From an uncultured Planctomycetia bacterium (lineage in GTDB: Bacteria > Omnitrophota > Gorgyraeia > Pluralincolimonadales > Pluralincolimonadaceae): a DNA stretch of 64,000 nt. The DNA lies in NCBI GenBank assembly GCA_964650515.1, contig CAZYUB010000002.1:12708-76707 (forward strand). The letters are read 5' to 3'. The position numbers and the translations under genes were made by a program. Shown here one piece after another: positions 18,634 through 28,220 of this stretch. How positions within the stretch are numbered: the first letter of the stretch is position 1; every line of letters begins with the position of its first letter. The notes beneath the pieces are model-generated. The model was not told the DNA's origin, ran no database searches, and saw only the letters and a list, made by a program, of their open reading frames with translations.

Positions 18634-19559
18634 AACCTTTGGTCAGCGTGCAGGTCTGCTGCTATAATTCGGAGAAATATCTTGCGCAAACCCTTGAGAG
18701 CGTGGCGGCCCAGACGTTCAATGGCTGGGAACTCGTGATCGTAAACGACGGTTCCACGGACGGGACGGAAGCGATAGTGGACGGTTTCGTGAAGAAGGGC
18801 CTGCCGATAACCTACCACAGCCAGCCAAACAGCGGTTTCGCAGCCGCGAGGAACAGGGCGGTAGGGTTGTCGAAAGGCGATTGGATAGCAATACTGGACC
18901 ACGACGACGTATGGCGTCCGGAAAAGCTTGATGTTCAGCTCAAAGCGGCCGAAAAATACCCGAAGGCTAAACTGCACTTCTCCAACTCGGAATGGTTCAC
19001 CGACGACGGTAAGATAGCGAGGAATACGATAGAGGACGGCAGGTTCTGCTCCGGCATAATAAAGGAGCCCTTCACGACGTTGCTGTCCGAGGGTTGCTTC
19101 ATAGACAGCGAGACTGCGCTGATAGACAAAAAGACTCTTGAAACCCTCGGCGGTTTCAACGAGAAATACAAGTATATCGTGGATTACGACATGTTCCTCA
19201 GGATAGCGAAGCAGGACACTATCTGCTATGAGGATAAGGTGCTTGCGGGATGGCGTATGCACCCGTCGCAGGCGACGAAGAAGCTTGAAGAGGAGATGAC
19301 GAGGGAATATATAGACCTTTTCGAGAAAGCGCTGAAGGAGAGCGGCCTGCCGGCGGAGGTAAAGGAGAAGGTGAAGAAGTCTATCGTTTACCACCTCAAC
19401 AACTACTCGCTTCTCATGCTGAAGAAGGAGGGCAAGAAGGCGTTCCTGCGCACGCTGCTGGGCGGGATAAGGAAGAGGCCGATGAGCCCTCACACGTACC
19501 TGAAGACGCTGCATACGTTCTGCAGGGCGTATATGGGCGAGGACATATCGTCAAGATGA
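18630..19559 (+). CDS. GT2 family glycosyltransferase
   Basis: 'VSVQVCCYNSEKYLAQTLESVAAQTF...ELVIVNDGSTDGT' and 'DHDD' are canonical GT-A/GT2 motifs. Confidence 0.75.
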   Translation: MKPLVSVQVCCYNSEKYLAQTLESVAAQTFNGWELVIVNDGSTDGTEAIVDGFVKKGLPITYHSQPNSGFAAARNRAVGLSKGDWIAILDHDDVWRPEKLDVQLKAAEKYPKAKLHFSNSEWFTDDGKIARNTIEDGRFCSGIIKEPFTTLLSEGCFIDSETALIDKKTLETLGGFNEKYKYIVDYDMFLRIAKQDTICYEDKVLAGWRMHPSQATKKLEEEMTREYIDLFEKALKESGLPAEVKEKVKKSIVYHLNNYSLLMLKKEGKKAFLRTLLGGIRKRPMSPHTYLKTLHTFCRAYMGEDISSR

Positions 19560-21076
19560 AGGTGTTGTTCATAAATTTCAATATCGGCTCCACACCGGGG
19601 ATCAATAACGGTATCGCGTGCCTATCCGCCGTCCTGAAGGAGAAGGGCCACAGCACGGCTCTCATATTCCTCTGCGAGCAGCTGGGCTACGGCTTTGACC
19701 CGGACAGGATAAAGAAGGACATATTGTCCGAGGCGCCCGGTATCATAGGGCTGTCGCTTATCGAGACGCAGCTTAAGTATGCCAGGAAACTGATGGAAGG
19801 GCTCAGGAGCTATTATAATGGCATCGTCGTATGCGGCGGGCCGTACCCGACGATGGACCCGGAAGGCTGCCTCGCGATAGAAGGCGTCGACGCCGTATGC
19901 GTCGGCGAGGGCGAGGATGCTCTTACCGAGCTTGCCGACGCGGTAGAGTCAGGCAGGAAGTACGACGGAATAAGGAACATATGGGTAAAGCGGGGCAATA
20001 CGGTAATAAAGAACAAACTGCGCCCGTTCAAGAGCTTATATGACCTGCCTCCGGACGATAAGGAGCTATTCGACCTGGACAGGATACTGCCGCTGAAGAA
20101 TTACCAGCTGGAGACGATGATAGGCAGGGGCTGCGTATACCAGTGCAGTTACTGCATAAACGATTCGTATGTGAGGAGGTACCGCGATCTTTGCGAACGC
20201 AAGGTCGGGCTCAACGATTACATAAGGTTCAAGGACGCCGTCAAGGCGGCTGCGGAGATAAAGGATACGGTCCTGAAACACCCGCAGATAAAGAAGATAG
20301 CTTTCATAGATGATAATTTCATAACCGACGAGAAATACCTCGCCAAGTTATGCGGGGAATATAAAAAGGCCGTGGCCCTGCCTTTCATGTGCAACGTAAA
20401 CCCCGCTTCCTATAACGAAAGGAAGGCGAGGATACTGAAAGAATCAGGCTGCGATGACGTGAGGTTCGGCATCGAGAGCGGAAGTGAGCGCGTAAAAAAA
20501 GAGGTGATGAAGCGTCCCGTCCCTAACAGGAGCGTATTGGAGGCATTCAGGATAAACAAGGAGCTGGATATGATGACCAGCTCATTCAATATGATAGGGC
20601 TGCCTACGGAGACGAAAGAGGAGGTCCTCGAGACGCTGAAGCTCAACGCGCGGATAATGCCGGACACGGTGAAGGTCATGACTTTCTACCCGTTCAAGAA
20701 CACGCCGATATACGGGTTCTGCGAAGAGCTCGGGCTCATCGATACGGAAGCAAAGGAAGAGCTCGATAATTACGATACTTTCACGTGTTTGAAGTTTCCC
20801 GGGGAGTACCGCCTGTTCCTCAGGAAGATGCAGGTCTGCTTCAACTGGTACCTGAACAGCATGCTGGGAAATGAGGCGTCCGGGGCGTACAGGGAGCTCG
20901 TGGAGAAGGCGGAGGGCATGTCCGGCGCGGAATGGGACGGCTATGATTTTTGCGCGGAGGACAAGAAGGTATCCGAAGCGATGAAGGCGAAGAATCTGGA
21001 GCATTACACGAAATATATGAACAGGAGCCTCGCGGTCAAATGGCCGAGCAGGCATACTATTGGAGAGTCGCGATGA
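19556..21076 (+). CDS. B12-binding domain radical SAM protein
   Basis: 'IGRGCVYQCSYC' CxxxCxxC with upstream B12-binding-like Rossmann; C-terminal 'FYPFKNTPIYG'. Confidence 0.7.
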   Translation: MKVLFINFNIGSTPGINNGIACLSAVLKEKGHSTALIFLCEQLGYGFDPDRIKKDILSEAPGIIGLSLIETQLKYARKLMEGLRSYYNGIVVCGGPYPTMDPEGCLAIEGVDAVCVGEGEDALTELADAVESGRKYDGIRNIWVKRGNTVIKNKLRPFKSLYDLPPDDKELFDLDRILPLKNYQLETMIGRGCVYQCSYCINDSYVRRYRDLCERKVGLNDYIRFKDAVKAAAEIKDTVLKHPQIKKIAFIDDNFITDEKYLAKLCGEYKKAVALPFMCNVNPASYNERKARILKESGCDDVRFGIESGSERVKKEVMKRPVPNRSVLEAFRINKELDMMTSSFNMIGLPTETKEEVLETLKLNARIMPDTVKVMTFYPFKNTPIYGFCEELGLIDTEAKEELDNYDTFTCLKFPGEYRLFLRKMQVCFNWYLNSMLGNEASGAYRELVEKAEGMSGAEWDGYDFCAEDKKVSEAMKAKNLEHYTKYMNRSLAVKWPSRHTIGESR

Positions 21077-21783
21077 CGAGCATTCTCATTATGTGCGGAG
21101 GAAGGGGCGCTAGGCTCGGAGATATCACGAAAAATTGTCCGAAGCCGCTGATTAAGATCGGGGGCGTGACTATACTTGAGCGAAAGATCGGGCATTATAT
21201 GCGAAATGGTTTTAAGGATTTCATTGTCTGTATCGGGTATAAGGCAGATATGATAAAATCTTCATTACGAAAAGGCGGTTTTTCAAGATATTGCAGGTAT
21301 TCAGATTCCGGTGAACCCGCGGGAATACTTAAAAGGCTGTATAACGCTCGAAATATGTTTGATGATAATGTGGTTCTTACATACGGAGACACTTTCGCGA
21401 ATATTGATCTGTCTTTGCTCCTAAAGACGCATATAAAGGAGAAGAATTCCGCCACCATAGTAGTGGCTCCTATCCAGAACCCTTTCGGCCTGGTAGAGTA
21501 TGATAATAATAGGAAAGTTTTGTCGTTCAAGGAAAAACCCGTTCTGAATTATTATATCGGATATGCGGTCATTAATAAATCTGACATAGAAAGAGTGCCG
21601 CAGAAAATGATAGGTATGCCCGACGGTAAAGGACTCGTGGAATTTTATAAATATCTTATAGATAAAGGCAGTCTCGGAATATTTGAATATTCGGGGCCGC
21701 AGATAACGTTTAATACGGAGGACGAGCTTAGGCTGGCTCGCAGGAAAATGACCGCATTCTATACAAGCAGGGAGGAAACTTGA
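21073..21783 (+). CDS. sugar-phosphate nucleotidyltransferase (NTP_transferase family)
   Basis: 'ILIMCGGRGARLGDITKNCPKPLIKIGG' G-x-G-x-R-L nucleotide-binding signature. ATGA overlap start at 21073; the ORF-track start 20950 is an upstream extension. Distinctly AT-richer than flanks. Confidence 0.6.
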   Translation: MTSILIMCGGRGARLGDITKNCPKPLIKIGGVTILERKIGHYMRNGFKDFIVCIGYKADMIKSSLRKGGFSRYCRYSDSGEPAGILKRLYNARNMFDDNVVLTYGDTFANIDLSLLLKTHIKEKNSATIVVAPIQNPFGLVEYDNNRKVLSFKEKPVLNYYIGYAVINKSDIERVPQKMIGMPDGKGLVEFYKYLIDKGSLGIFEYSGPQITFNTEDELRLARRKMTAFYTSREET

Positions 21784-22751
21784 AAAACAAGACGGTATTG
21801 GTGACCGGCGGGGCAGGTTTCATAGGTTCGCATTTAACGAAGAGGCTCGTGAAATCGGGCGCGAAAGTATCAGTAGTCGTGAAATACAAGAGCATAATAG
21901 ATAACGTCAGGCTAGCCCCGATATGGGATGATATTACGCCGATTGAGGCCGACCTGAGGAATATCGATTCAATGAGGCAATTTTCGGGAACTTCATACGA
22001 TCTCATATTCCATCTTGCGGCATACAACCATGTCGGAGACAGTTTCATGCACGTCAGTGAGGCGATTGAATCGAATGCGATGGCAACGGCCAACCTGCTT
22101 GAATTCGCCCCGCAATATAAGAGATTCATATATACATCTTCATCTGAAGTGTACGGAAAGCAAAATACCGTTCCGTTCGAAGAGAGCTTTACCCCGCATC
22201 CTATCTCGCCTTACGCTATCGGTAAATATGCCGGAGAGCTTTACGCGAAGATGAAACGCGAGCAGACAGGAAAAGATATAATCTGCTTAAGGTTCTTTAA
22301 CGTGTTCGGGCCTTACCAGAGCGAGAGGGCCGTAATACCGGAACTTATCATTAAGAGCCTGCGGGGGGAACCAATCAAGACTACCGAAGGGAAACAGACG
22401 AGGGAATTCAATTATGTAGATAATATTGTCGACGCCTTTATCGCCGCAGCAAAATTAAAAAAACCTCCGGAGGAGGTCATAAATATTGGCGCGCAGGAAG
22501 AGATATCGATATCGGACCTGGTGCGCAAGATACATAAGATGTCGGGCTCGCGGTCCAAGCTGATGATAGGAGCGCTTGCCTATAGGCCGACGGAAATTTG
22601 GAGGATGTATTCCAATAATACAAGGGCAAAGGAAATACTCGGATGGCAGCCACGGGTGGATTTTGATGAAGGCCTTAAGAAGACCGTGGAATGGTTCAGA
22701 AGGTATGTAAAACTATTCAGGGAAAAAGACTCGCTTCTTTGCAAGCTATGA
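21780..22751 (+). CDS. NAD-dependent epimerase/dehydratase (extended SDR; NDP-sugar 4,6-dehydratase/4-epimerase-like)
   Basis: '[14 protein letters not shown]' Rossmann, 'YAIGKYAGE' YxxxK catalytic motif. TTG start overlaps the upstream stop, with GGAGGA RBS. Confidence 0.7.
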   Translation: MKNKTVLVTGGAGFIGSHLTKRLVKSGAKVSVVVKYKSIIDNVRLAPIWDDITPIEADLRNIDSMRQFSGTSYDLIFHLAAYNHVGDSFMHVSEAIESNAMATANLLEFAPQYKRFIYTSSSEVYGKQNTVPFEESFTPHPISPYAIGKYAGELYAKMKREQTGKDIICLRFFNVFGPYQSERAVIPELIIKSLRGEPIKTTEGKQTREFNYVDNIVDAFIAAAKLKKPPEEVINIGAQEEISISDLVRKIHKMSGSRSKLMIGALAYRPTEIWRMYSNNTRAKEILGWQPRVDFDEGLKKTVEWFRRYVKLFREKDSLLCKL

Positions 22752-23620
22752 TGAACGTGAAGATAGGGATAACAGGGTCAAGAGGGTTCATAGGTTCCGA
22801 GTTGGCGGGGCATCTTGAAAGCAACGGCTTCAAGGTAGTCAAGCTGGACGGACATACTCGGCAGGAAAGCGGCGAGAATGAAAAGAGCGCCTTGCCGAAA
22901 GGCCTGAAATGGGTACTTCATTTTGCCGCATCGACATCTATTGAGGAGAGCCGGAAAGACCCGTTTCGAACATATAGGAACAATATAGATTCTACTCTTG
23001 CGGCGATTGAAATAGCCAAAGAGTCGAAAGCCGCCTTATTGTTCATGAGTTCATATGTTTACGGAAACCCGAAGTACGTTCCTATTGACGAGGACCATCC
23101 TCTTGGGGCTGTGAACCCATACATGTCGAGTAAGATAATATGCGAGGATATCTGCCGTCAGGTATCCAAGTTAATGTCAATACCTCTTGTCATATTAAGA
23201 GGATCGAATATTTATGGAAAAACCCTTATCAAGGGAAGGCTTATTCCCGATTTGCTGGAATCGGCGAAAAAGGGCGAGCAATTGACGATAACCGACCCTC
23301 TTCCAAGGAGGGATTACCTGTACATAAGGGATTTTTGCGGGTTGATTATCAAAATACTTGATAACGATCCCCCTATACAAGGGACATTCAATGCCGGACA
23401 GGGCCAAAGCTATTCCAACAAGGAAGTTGCGGAAATAGTTAGACGGCTTAGTTCAAATAAATACCCGGTAGCTGTTAACGGTCCGAAAAGGGAGAACGAC
23501 ATTAAGGACGCCTCGATAAACGTTTCTCTTGTAAAGAAGACTTTCATGTGGGAACCGTCATACAGTCTGGAAGACGGGCTGAAGGAACTCATAGGTCATA
23601 GAAAGAGAGGGTTAATATGA
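22748..23620 (+). CDS. NAD-dependent epimerase/dehydratase family (short form; NDP-4-keto-6-deoxyhexose reductase/epimerase-like)
   Basis: 'IGITGSRGFIGSEL', 'YMSSKIICE' YxxxK; about 290 aa. ATGA overlap start. Confidence 0.65.
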   Translation: MMNVKIGITGSRGFIGSELAGHLESNGFKVVKLDGHTRQESGENEKSALPKGLKWVLHFAASTSIEESRKDPFRTYRNNIDSTLAAIEIAKESKAALLFMSSYVYGNPKYVPIDEDHPLGAVNPYMSSKIICEDICRQVSKLMSIPLVILRGSNIYGKTLIKGRLIPDLLESAKKGEQLTITDPLPRRDYLYIRDFCGLIIKILDNDPPIQGTFNAGQGQSYSNKEVAEIVRRLSSNKYPVAVNGPKRENDIKDASINVSLVKKTFMWEPSYSLEDGLKELIGHRKRGLI

Positions 23621-24552
23621 TATCAATAATATCTCCGGTCTACAACGAAGCCGAAAATCTTGAAGAGCTTTGCAACAGGATCACGTCGGCCGTTAAGAAA
23701 GAGGAAGTTGATTATGAGGTCATCTTTGTAGATAACGGAAGCACGGATCGGTCGCTCGATGTAATAAAAAAGCTCAGGAAAAGCGACGCTAAAGTAAAAT
23801 ATGTAAGCCTTTCAAGGAATTTCGGCCATCAGGGAGGTATTGTTGCGGGTCTTTCAAGTGCATCTGGTGACGCGGTAATTTCACTTGACGCCGATCTTCA
23901 GCATCCGCCCGAACTCATACCGGAACTGATCAGGAAGTGGAAGGGCGGTTACTGTGTTGTTTCAACGACAAAGAAATTCAAAGGGGTGAGTTCAGGATTC
24001 AGCCTGTTCCCGAGCAGGATATTTTACAAGCTGATAAGCTCCATATCGGACATCAATTTGACCTACGGAGAATCGGATTATCGCCTGCTCGACCGGAAGG
24101 TGGTTGATGCAGTGTTGGAGATACCTGAAAAGCACAAATTCCTTCGCGGTATGGTCAAATGGGTCGGATTTTCGCAGACATCGGTCGAATACGAGGTAGC
24201 CCAGAGAAAATCCGGCGAATCGAAATTCTCGTTCTGGAATTACGTTAATTTTGCGTTTGACGGGATATTTTCATTCTCTATCGTACCTTTGAGGGTCTTC
24301 CTTTGGTCGGGCATCCTGGTGGCGTTATTCTGCATATTATGGGGAGCGTTCTATTTTGTAATGGGCCTGATCAGCCTTTTTTCCCCCGAGAAGAACCTTT
24401 TGCCGCCCGGCTCTGCCACGATAACGGTCAGCATAATGTTTCTCGGCGGAGTGCAGCTTATCGGGATAGGGATACTCGGCGAGTACCTTGGGCGCGTATA
24501 CCAGCAGACGAAGGAAAGGCCGGATTTTATCGTGAAGGAAAAAGAGCTGTAA
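23617..24552 (+). CDS. GT2 polyprenyl-phosphate glycosyltransferase (DPM1/ArnC/GtrB-like) with C-terminal TM helices
   Basis: 'ISIISPVYNEAENL...IFVDNGSTDRS...VSLSRNFGHQGGIVAGL...ISLDADLQHPPE', then two hydrophobic helices at the C-terminus. Confidence 0.75.
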   Translation: MISIISPVYNEAENLEELCNRITSAVKKEEVDYEVIFVDNGSTDRSLDVIKKLRKSDAKVKYVSLSRNFGHQGGIVAGLSSASGDAVISLDADLQHPPELIPELIRKWKGGYCVVSTTKKFKGVSSGFSLFPSRIFYKLISSISDINLTYGESDYRLLDRKVVDAVLEIPEKHKFLRGMVKWVGFSQTSVEYEVAQRKSGESKFSFWNYVNFAFDGIFSFSIVPLRVFLWSGILVALFCILWGAFYFVMGLISLFSPEKNLLPPGSATITVSIMFLGGVQLIGIGILGEYLGRVYQQTKERPDFIVKEKEL

Positions 24553-24558
24553 TAAGCC

Positions 24559-25401
24559 ATGGGTAATTGCATAGTTTGCGGCAGCAACGATAAAGGCCCC
24601 TTATTCGGAAAAATATCCAGATGCAAGGGGTGCGGCCATATATATTATGGTATAGAGCATACCGATGAAGAGATAGAAAGGCTTTATTCACATGGGTATT
24701 TCTTCGGGGAGGAATACAGCGATTATGTTGCTGACAGGAAAACCGCGAGCAAAAATTTCAGGCTTAGGGTCAAGGTTCTTAAACGGTTCCTGGACGCAAG
24801 CAAGCATAAGCGGCTGCTTGAGATTGGATGCGCATACGGGTTTTTTCTCGAGGAGGCTAAGGAATATTTTACTTCCGTTAAAGGCATCGATGTCTCTAAA
24901 GAGGCTGTGTCATACGCTAAGGACAGGCTGTTTTTGGATGTTGAAAGCGATGAATTCCTTAAACACGATTATAAGGGACAAAAATTCGATTGTGTATGCA
25001 TGTGGGACACCATCGAGCACTTGAAAAGGCCGGACCTGTATATTGAGAAGATCGGGCAGCTGACCGATAAGGGGGCTTTGCTTGCGCTGACGACCGGGGA
25101 TATAGCGAGCTTTAGCGCAAGAATGATGAAAAGTAAATGGCGCCTTATCCATCCACCCACCCATATACATTATTTTTCGGAAAAATCGCTTGCTAAGTTA
25201 TTGGAAAGGGGCGGTTTTAGGATTATTTATAAGTCTCATTGCGGATTTTTCAGGAGCATAGATATGCTGTTTAACAGGACCGTAGGCAAGATCCCGGGAT
25301 TGGGCAGATTATGTTCATTTATCGGCAAAACCGCTATTGGAAGGGTTGATTTTTATGTTAATCTTCGTGATATCATGTATTTGATCGCAAAAAAAGATTA
25401 G
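24559..25401 (+). CDS. class I SAM-dependent methyltransferase with N-terminal Zn-ribbon
   Basis: 'CIVCGSN...CKGCGH' ribbon; 'LLEIGCAYGFF' SAM motif I; 'DCVCMWDTIEHL' motif III. Confidence 0.6.
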   Translation: MGNCIVCGSNDKGPLFGKISRCKGCGHIYYGIEHTDEEIERLYSHGYFFGEEYSDYVADRKTASKNFRLRVKVLKRFLDASKHKRLLEIGCAYGFFLEEAKEYFTSVKGIDVSKEAVSYAKDRLFLDVESDEFLKHDYKGQKFDCVCMWDTIEHLKRPDLYIEKIGQLTDKGALLALTTGDIASFSARMMKSKWRLIHPPTHIHYFSEKSLAKLLERGGFRIIYKSHCGFFRSIDMLFNRTVGKIPGLGRLCSFIGKTAIGRVDFYVNLRDIMYLIAKKD

Positions 25402-25417
25402 TCTAGGGAGGTTAGAG

Positions 25418-27391
25418 ATGTGCGGCATATTCGGGTTCGTGCTAAACAAGGAATCAAAGATGTCGGAGGATGGCATCCGCGGGATGTTGCCTCTGATATG
25501 CAGGCTTTCGGAAAGGCGGGGGAGCGAAGCATCGGGTATCGCGATAGGCTTAGAAGGCGCGATATCATATTTTAAGAAGCCGATGAGGCCTACGCAGCTG
25601 GTCAAGGAAACGGATTTCCGGAAATTTATCGATTCTAAACTGGGACTGGCGGCCTCCGGCGAGTCAAGGATGGTAGAAAAGCCTTTTGCGGTGATCGGGA
25701 ACAGCCGCCTTGTGACGAACGGCACGCAGGCGGTGGCCCAGAACAACCAGCCGGTCGGCGCCGGCCGCGTAGTCGGCGTTCACAACGGGATCATAACCAA
25801 TTCGGACAGGATCCTGGAGAAGTACCCGAATGTCAGAAACGCGGTTGTGGATAGTTCGGATTCAGATACGTCAGTGCTTATGGGGTTGATAAATGAAAAA
25901 TACGCGGAAAGCGGCGATATAAAAAGTGCGCTCGCAGAAACGTATTCTGATATAGAAGGTTCTGCGTCTATTGCATTCATGTGCGAGAACGCGCCGTTTA
26001 TCGCGCTTGCGACAAATACAGGTTCCTTATTCTACAGTAACGATCCAAGTGCACGGATGTTTGTATTCGGTTCAGAGAAATTCATTGTAGAACGGTTCCT
26101 TGCCGGCAGTAAGATAGCATCCGGAAGGGATTTTGTTCCGGTGGTGCAGATCAAGCCGCATACCGCCGCTATAGTGGATATACATTCGGGCGCGCCTGAT
26201 ATTTACGACATGAGAGGGTACCAAAGCGGGAAAAAGATGGTTATCTCGGGCAAGAGATCCGGGTTATACAAGATATTTGATGAAAGCGAATCGAAGGTTG
26301 AATTAAAGCGATGCACGAGATGCATCCTGCCCGAATCATATCCGTTCATTGCTTTTGACGAAGAAGGTGTATGCAATTACTGCAGAAGATATAAGAAACA
26401 GGAATACCTTGGAAAAGCCGCGCTGGAAGAGGTGTTGTCAAAACACAGGTCGAAGGATGGTAAGCCCGACTGCATTTATGGCTTAAGCGGGGGCAGGGAC
26501 AGTTCCTACGGGTTGCATGTGCTTGTAAAAGAATTCGGGATGCATCCTATAGCGTATACATATGATTGGGCGCTTGTTACAGACCTTTCCAGGAGGAACC
26601 AGGCAAGGATCACCGGGAAGCTCGGAGTTGAGCATCTTATCAGAGCAGCGGATATACACGCCAAGAGGAGGCATATACGAAAGAATATCTACGCATGGCT
26701 TAAAAGGCCTAAGCTTGGCATGGTCACGATTTTCATGGCTGGCGACAAAATGTTTTACTACTATGGAAGGCAGTTGCGGAAAGAGACGGGGATTGATTTC
26801 ACCGTATTCGCTTCTGGACAACAGGTGGAGCAGATGGAATTCAAAGTCGGCTATTGCGGCATAAACAAGCAGCTTGTGAATAATACGCGCCTTTACGATT
26901 ACGGAGCATCGGCGAAGATGCGCCTTGCGCTATGGTACGGAAAGGAATTCATGCTTAATCCCTCCTACCTCAACGAATCACTCCCGGACAATATATTCGC
27001 GTTTTATTCCAGTTTCCTGAATAAGGATGACTATCTCTATCTCTATAATTACCTGCCTTGGGATGAAAAGCTGATAGAAAAAACAGTAATAGAACAATAC
27101 GGATGGGAGTCCGACGTTAAGTACGGCGGAAATCAGTGGAGAATGGGCGATGGCCAGACGGCTTTTATTAATTATATATATTATACGATAGGAGGTTTCT
27201 CCGAGTTTGATAATTTCCGAAGCAACCAGGTAAGGGAGGGATGGATTAAGAGGGAAGAGGCGCTTAACCTTGCGGAAAAGGATAACAGGCCTCGAATAGA
27301 CATGCTCCTTGATTTCAGCCAGCTGATAGGTTTTAATCTCGAAGACGTGCTTTTAAGGATTAATTCGATACCAAAGACATATATAAAATAA
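25418..27391 (+). CDS. class-II (Ntn) glutaminase domain fused to WbuX/PseA-type N-acetyl-sugar amidotransferase (PP-loop)
   Basis: N-terminus 'MCGIFGFV' with nucleophile Cys2 and AsnB-like 'GNSRLVTNG'. Middle 'CTRCILPESYPFIAFDEEGVCNYC' matches the WbuX/PseA zinc ribbon. 'SGGRDSS' PP-loop. GGGAGG RBS in the 16-nt gap upstream. Confidence 0.65.
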   Translation: MCGIFGFVLNKESKMSEDGIRGMLPLICRLSERRGSEASGIAIGLEGAISYFKKPMRPTQLVKETDFRKFIDSKLGLAASGESRMVEKPFAVIGNSRLVTNGTQAVAQNNQPVGAGRVVGVHNGIITNSDRILEKYPNVRNAVVDSSDSDTSVLMGLINEKYAESGDIKSALAETYSDIEGSASIAFMCENAPFIALATNTGSLFYSNDPSARMFVFGSEKFIVERFLAGSKIASGRDFVPVVQIKPHTAAIVDIHSGAPDIYDMRGYQSGKKMVISGKRSGLYKIFDESESKVELKRCTRCILPESYPFIAFDEEGVCNYCRRYKKQEYLGKAALEEVLSKHRSKDGKPDCIYGLSGGRDSSYGLHVLVKEFGMHPIAYTYDWALVTDLSRRNQARITGKLGVEHLIRAADIHAKRRHIRKNIYAWLKRPKLGMVTIFMAGDKMFYYYGRQLRKETGIDFTVFASGQQVEQMEFKVGYCGINKQLVNNTRLYDYGASAKMRLALWYGKEFMLNPSYLNESLPDNIFAFYSSFLNKDDYLYLYNYLPWDEKLIEKTVIEQYGWESDVKYGGNQWRMGDGQTAFINYIYYTIGGFSEFDNFRSNQVREGWIKREEALNLAEKDNRPRIDMLLDFSQLIGFNLEDVLLRINSIPKTYIK

Positions 27392-27392
27392 T

Positions 27393-28220
27393 ATGGGCGT
27401 AAACTGCACTATTTGCGGAAACAGCGCGAATACCATCCTCGCAGACGGGACGATAAACCGGTATGACTGCGTATCCTGCGGACATTCATTTTCCGTGATT
27501 GAGCCGTCAAAACAAGTTTCTTACAATGCGGATTACTATGACCTTAAGCATGCAAACTGGTTCAGCAATCCCAATATATGGTTATTCAGGTACATTTTGA
27601 AGCAGGCGCGGATCATCCTGGGCGACGGCAGGATATCGGTGGTCGATGTGGGGTGCGGTAAGGCTGATTTCCTGAAATACGCAAGGATAAAAGACCGCAA
27701 GGTCGATGTTTACGGCATAGACCTGTGCGATAACGATATTCCGGACATAGCGTTCTATAGGGCAGATTTCCTAAAAACGGAGATCAACCGGAAATTTGAT
27801 CTGGTTACAAGCATGGCCTCGATCGAACATGTTGAAGATGTGAATTCTTTTGTCAGGAGGCTGGCGAATCTATCGTCTCAGGGAGGCATTATATCCGTAA
27901 CTACGGATAATGCAGGCGGGATATTCTTTTCATTGTCGAGATTTCTAAAAAAGGCGGGATTGGCAACGCCTTATTACAGCCTTTATGAGCCGGCCCATTT
28001 GCAGCATTTCACGAATAAATCATTGCGGATCCTTCTTGAAAAGAACGGACTTAAGGTCATCTCGCAAAGGAACCACAATTATCCCGCTGAAGCGGTGGAC
28101 ATGCCGGATGCAAACCCGTTCATGAAGATGGTTTATATATTAGGAGTACGCTTCCTGTTTGCCATGCCGTCGAACTTCGGGATCCTGCAGACAGCTATTT
28201 GCAGGAAGGAAAGAAATTGA
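27393..28220 (+). CDS. class I SAM-dependent methyltransferase with N-terminal Zn-ribbon
   Basis: 'CTICGNS...CVSCGH' ribbon; 'VVDVGCGKADFL' motif I; 'FDLVTSMASIEHV'. Confidence 0.55.
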   Translation: MGVNCTICGNSANTILADGTINRYDCVSCGHSFSVIEPSKQVSYNADYYDLKHANWFSNPNIWLFRYILKQARIILGDGRISVVDVGCGKADFLKYARIKDRKVDVYGIDLCDNDIPDIAFYRADFLKTEINRKFDLVTSMASIEHVEDVNSFVRRLANLSSQGGIISVTTDNAGGIFFSLSRFLKKAGLATPYYSLYEPAHLQHFTNKSLRILLEKNGLKVISQRNHNYPAEAVDMPDANPFMKMVYILGVRFLFAMPSNFGILQTAICRKERN

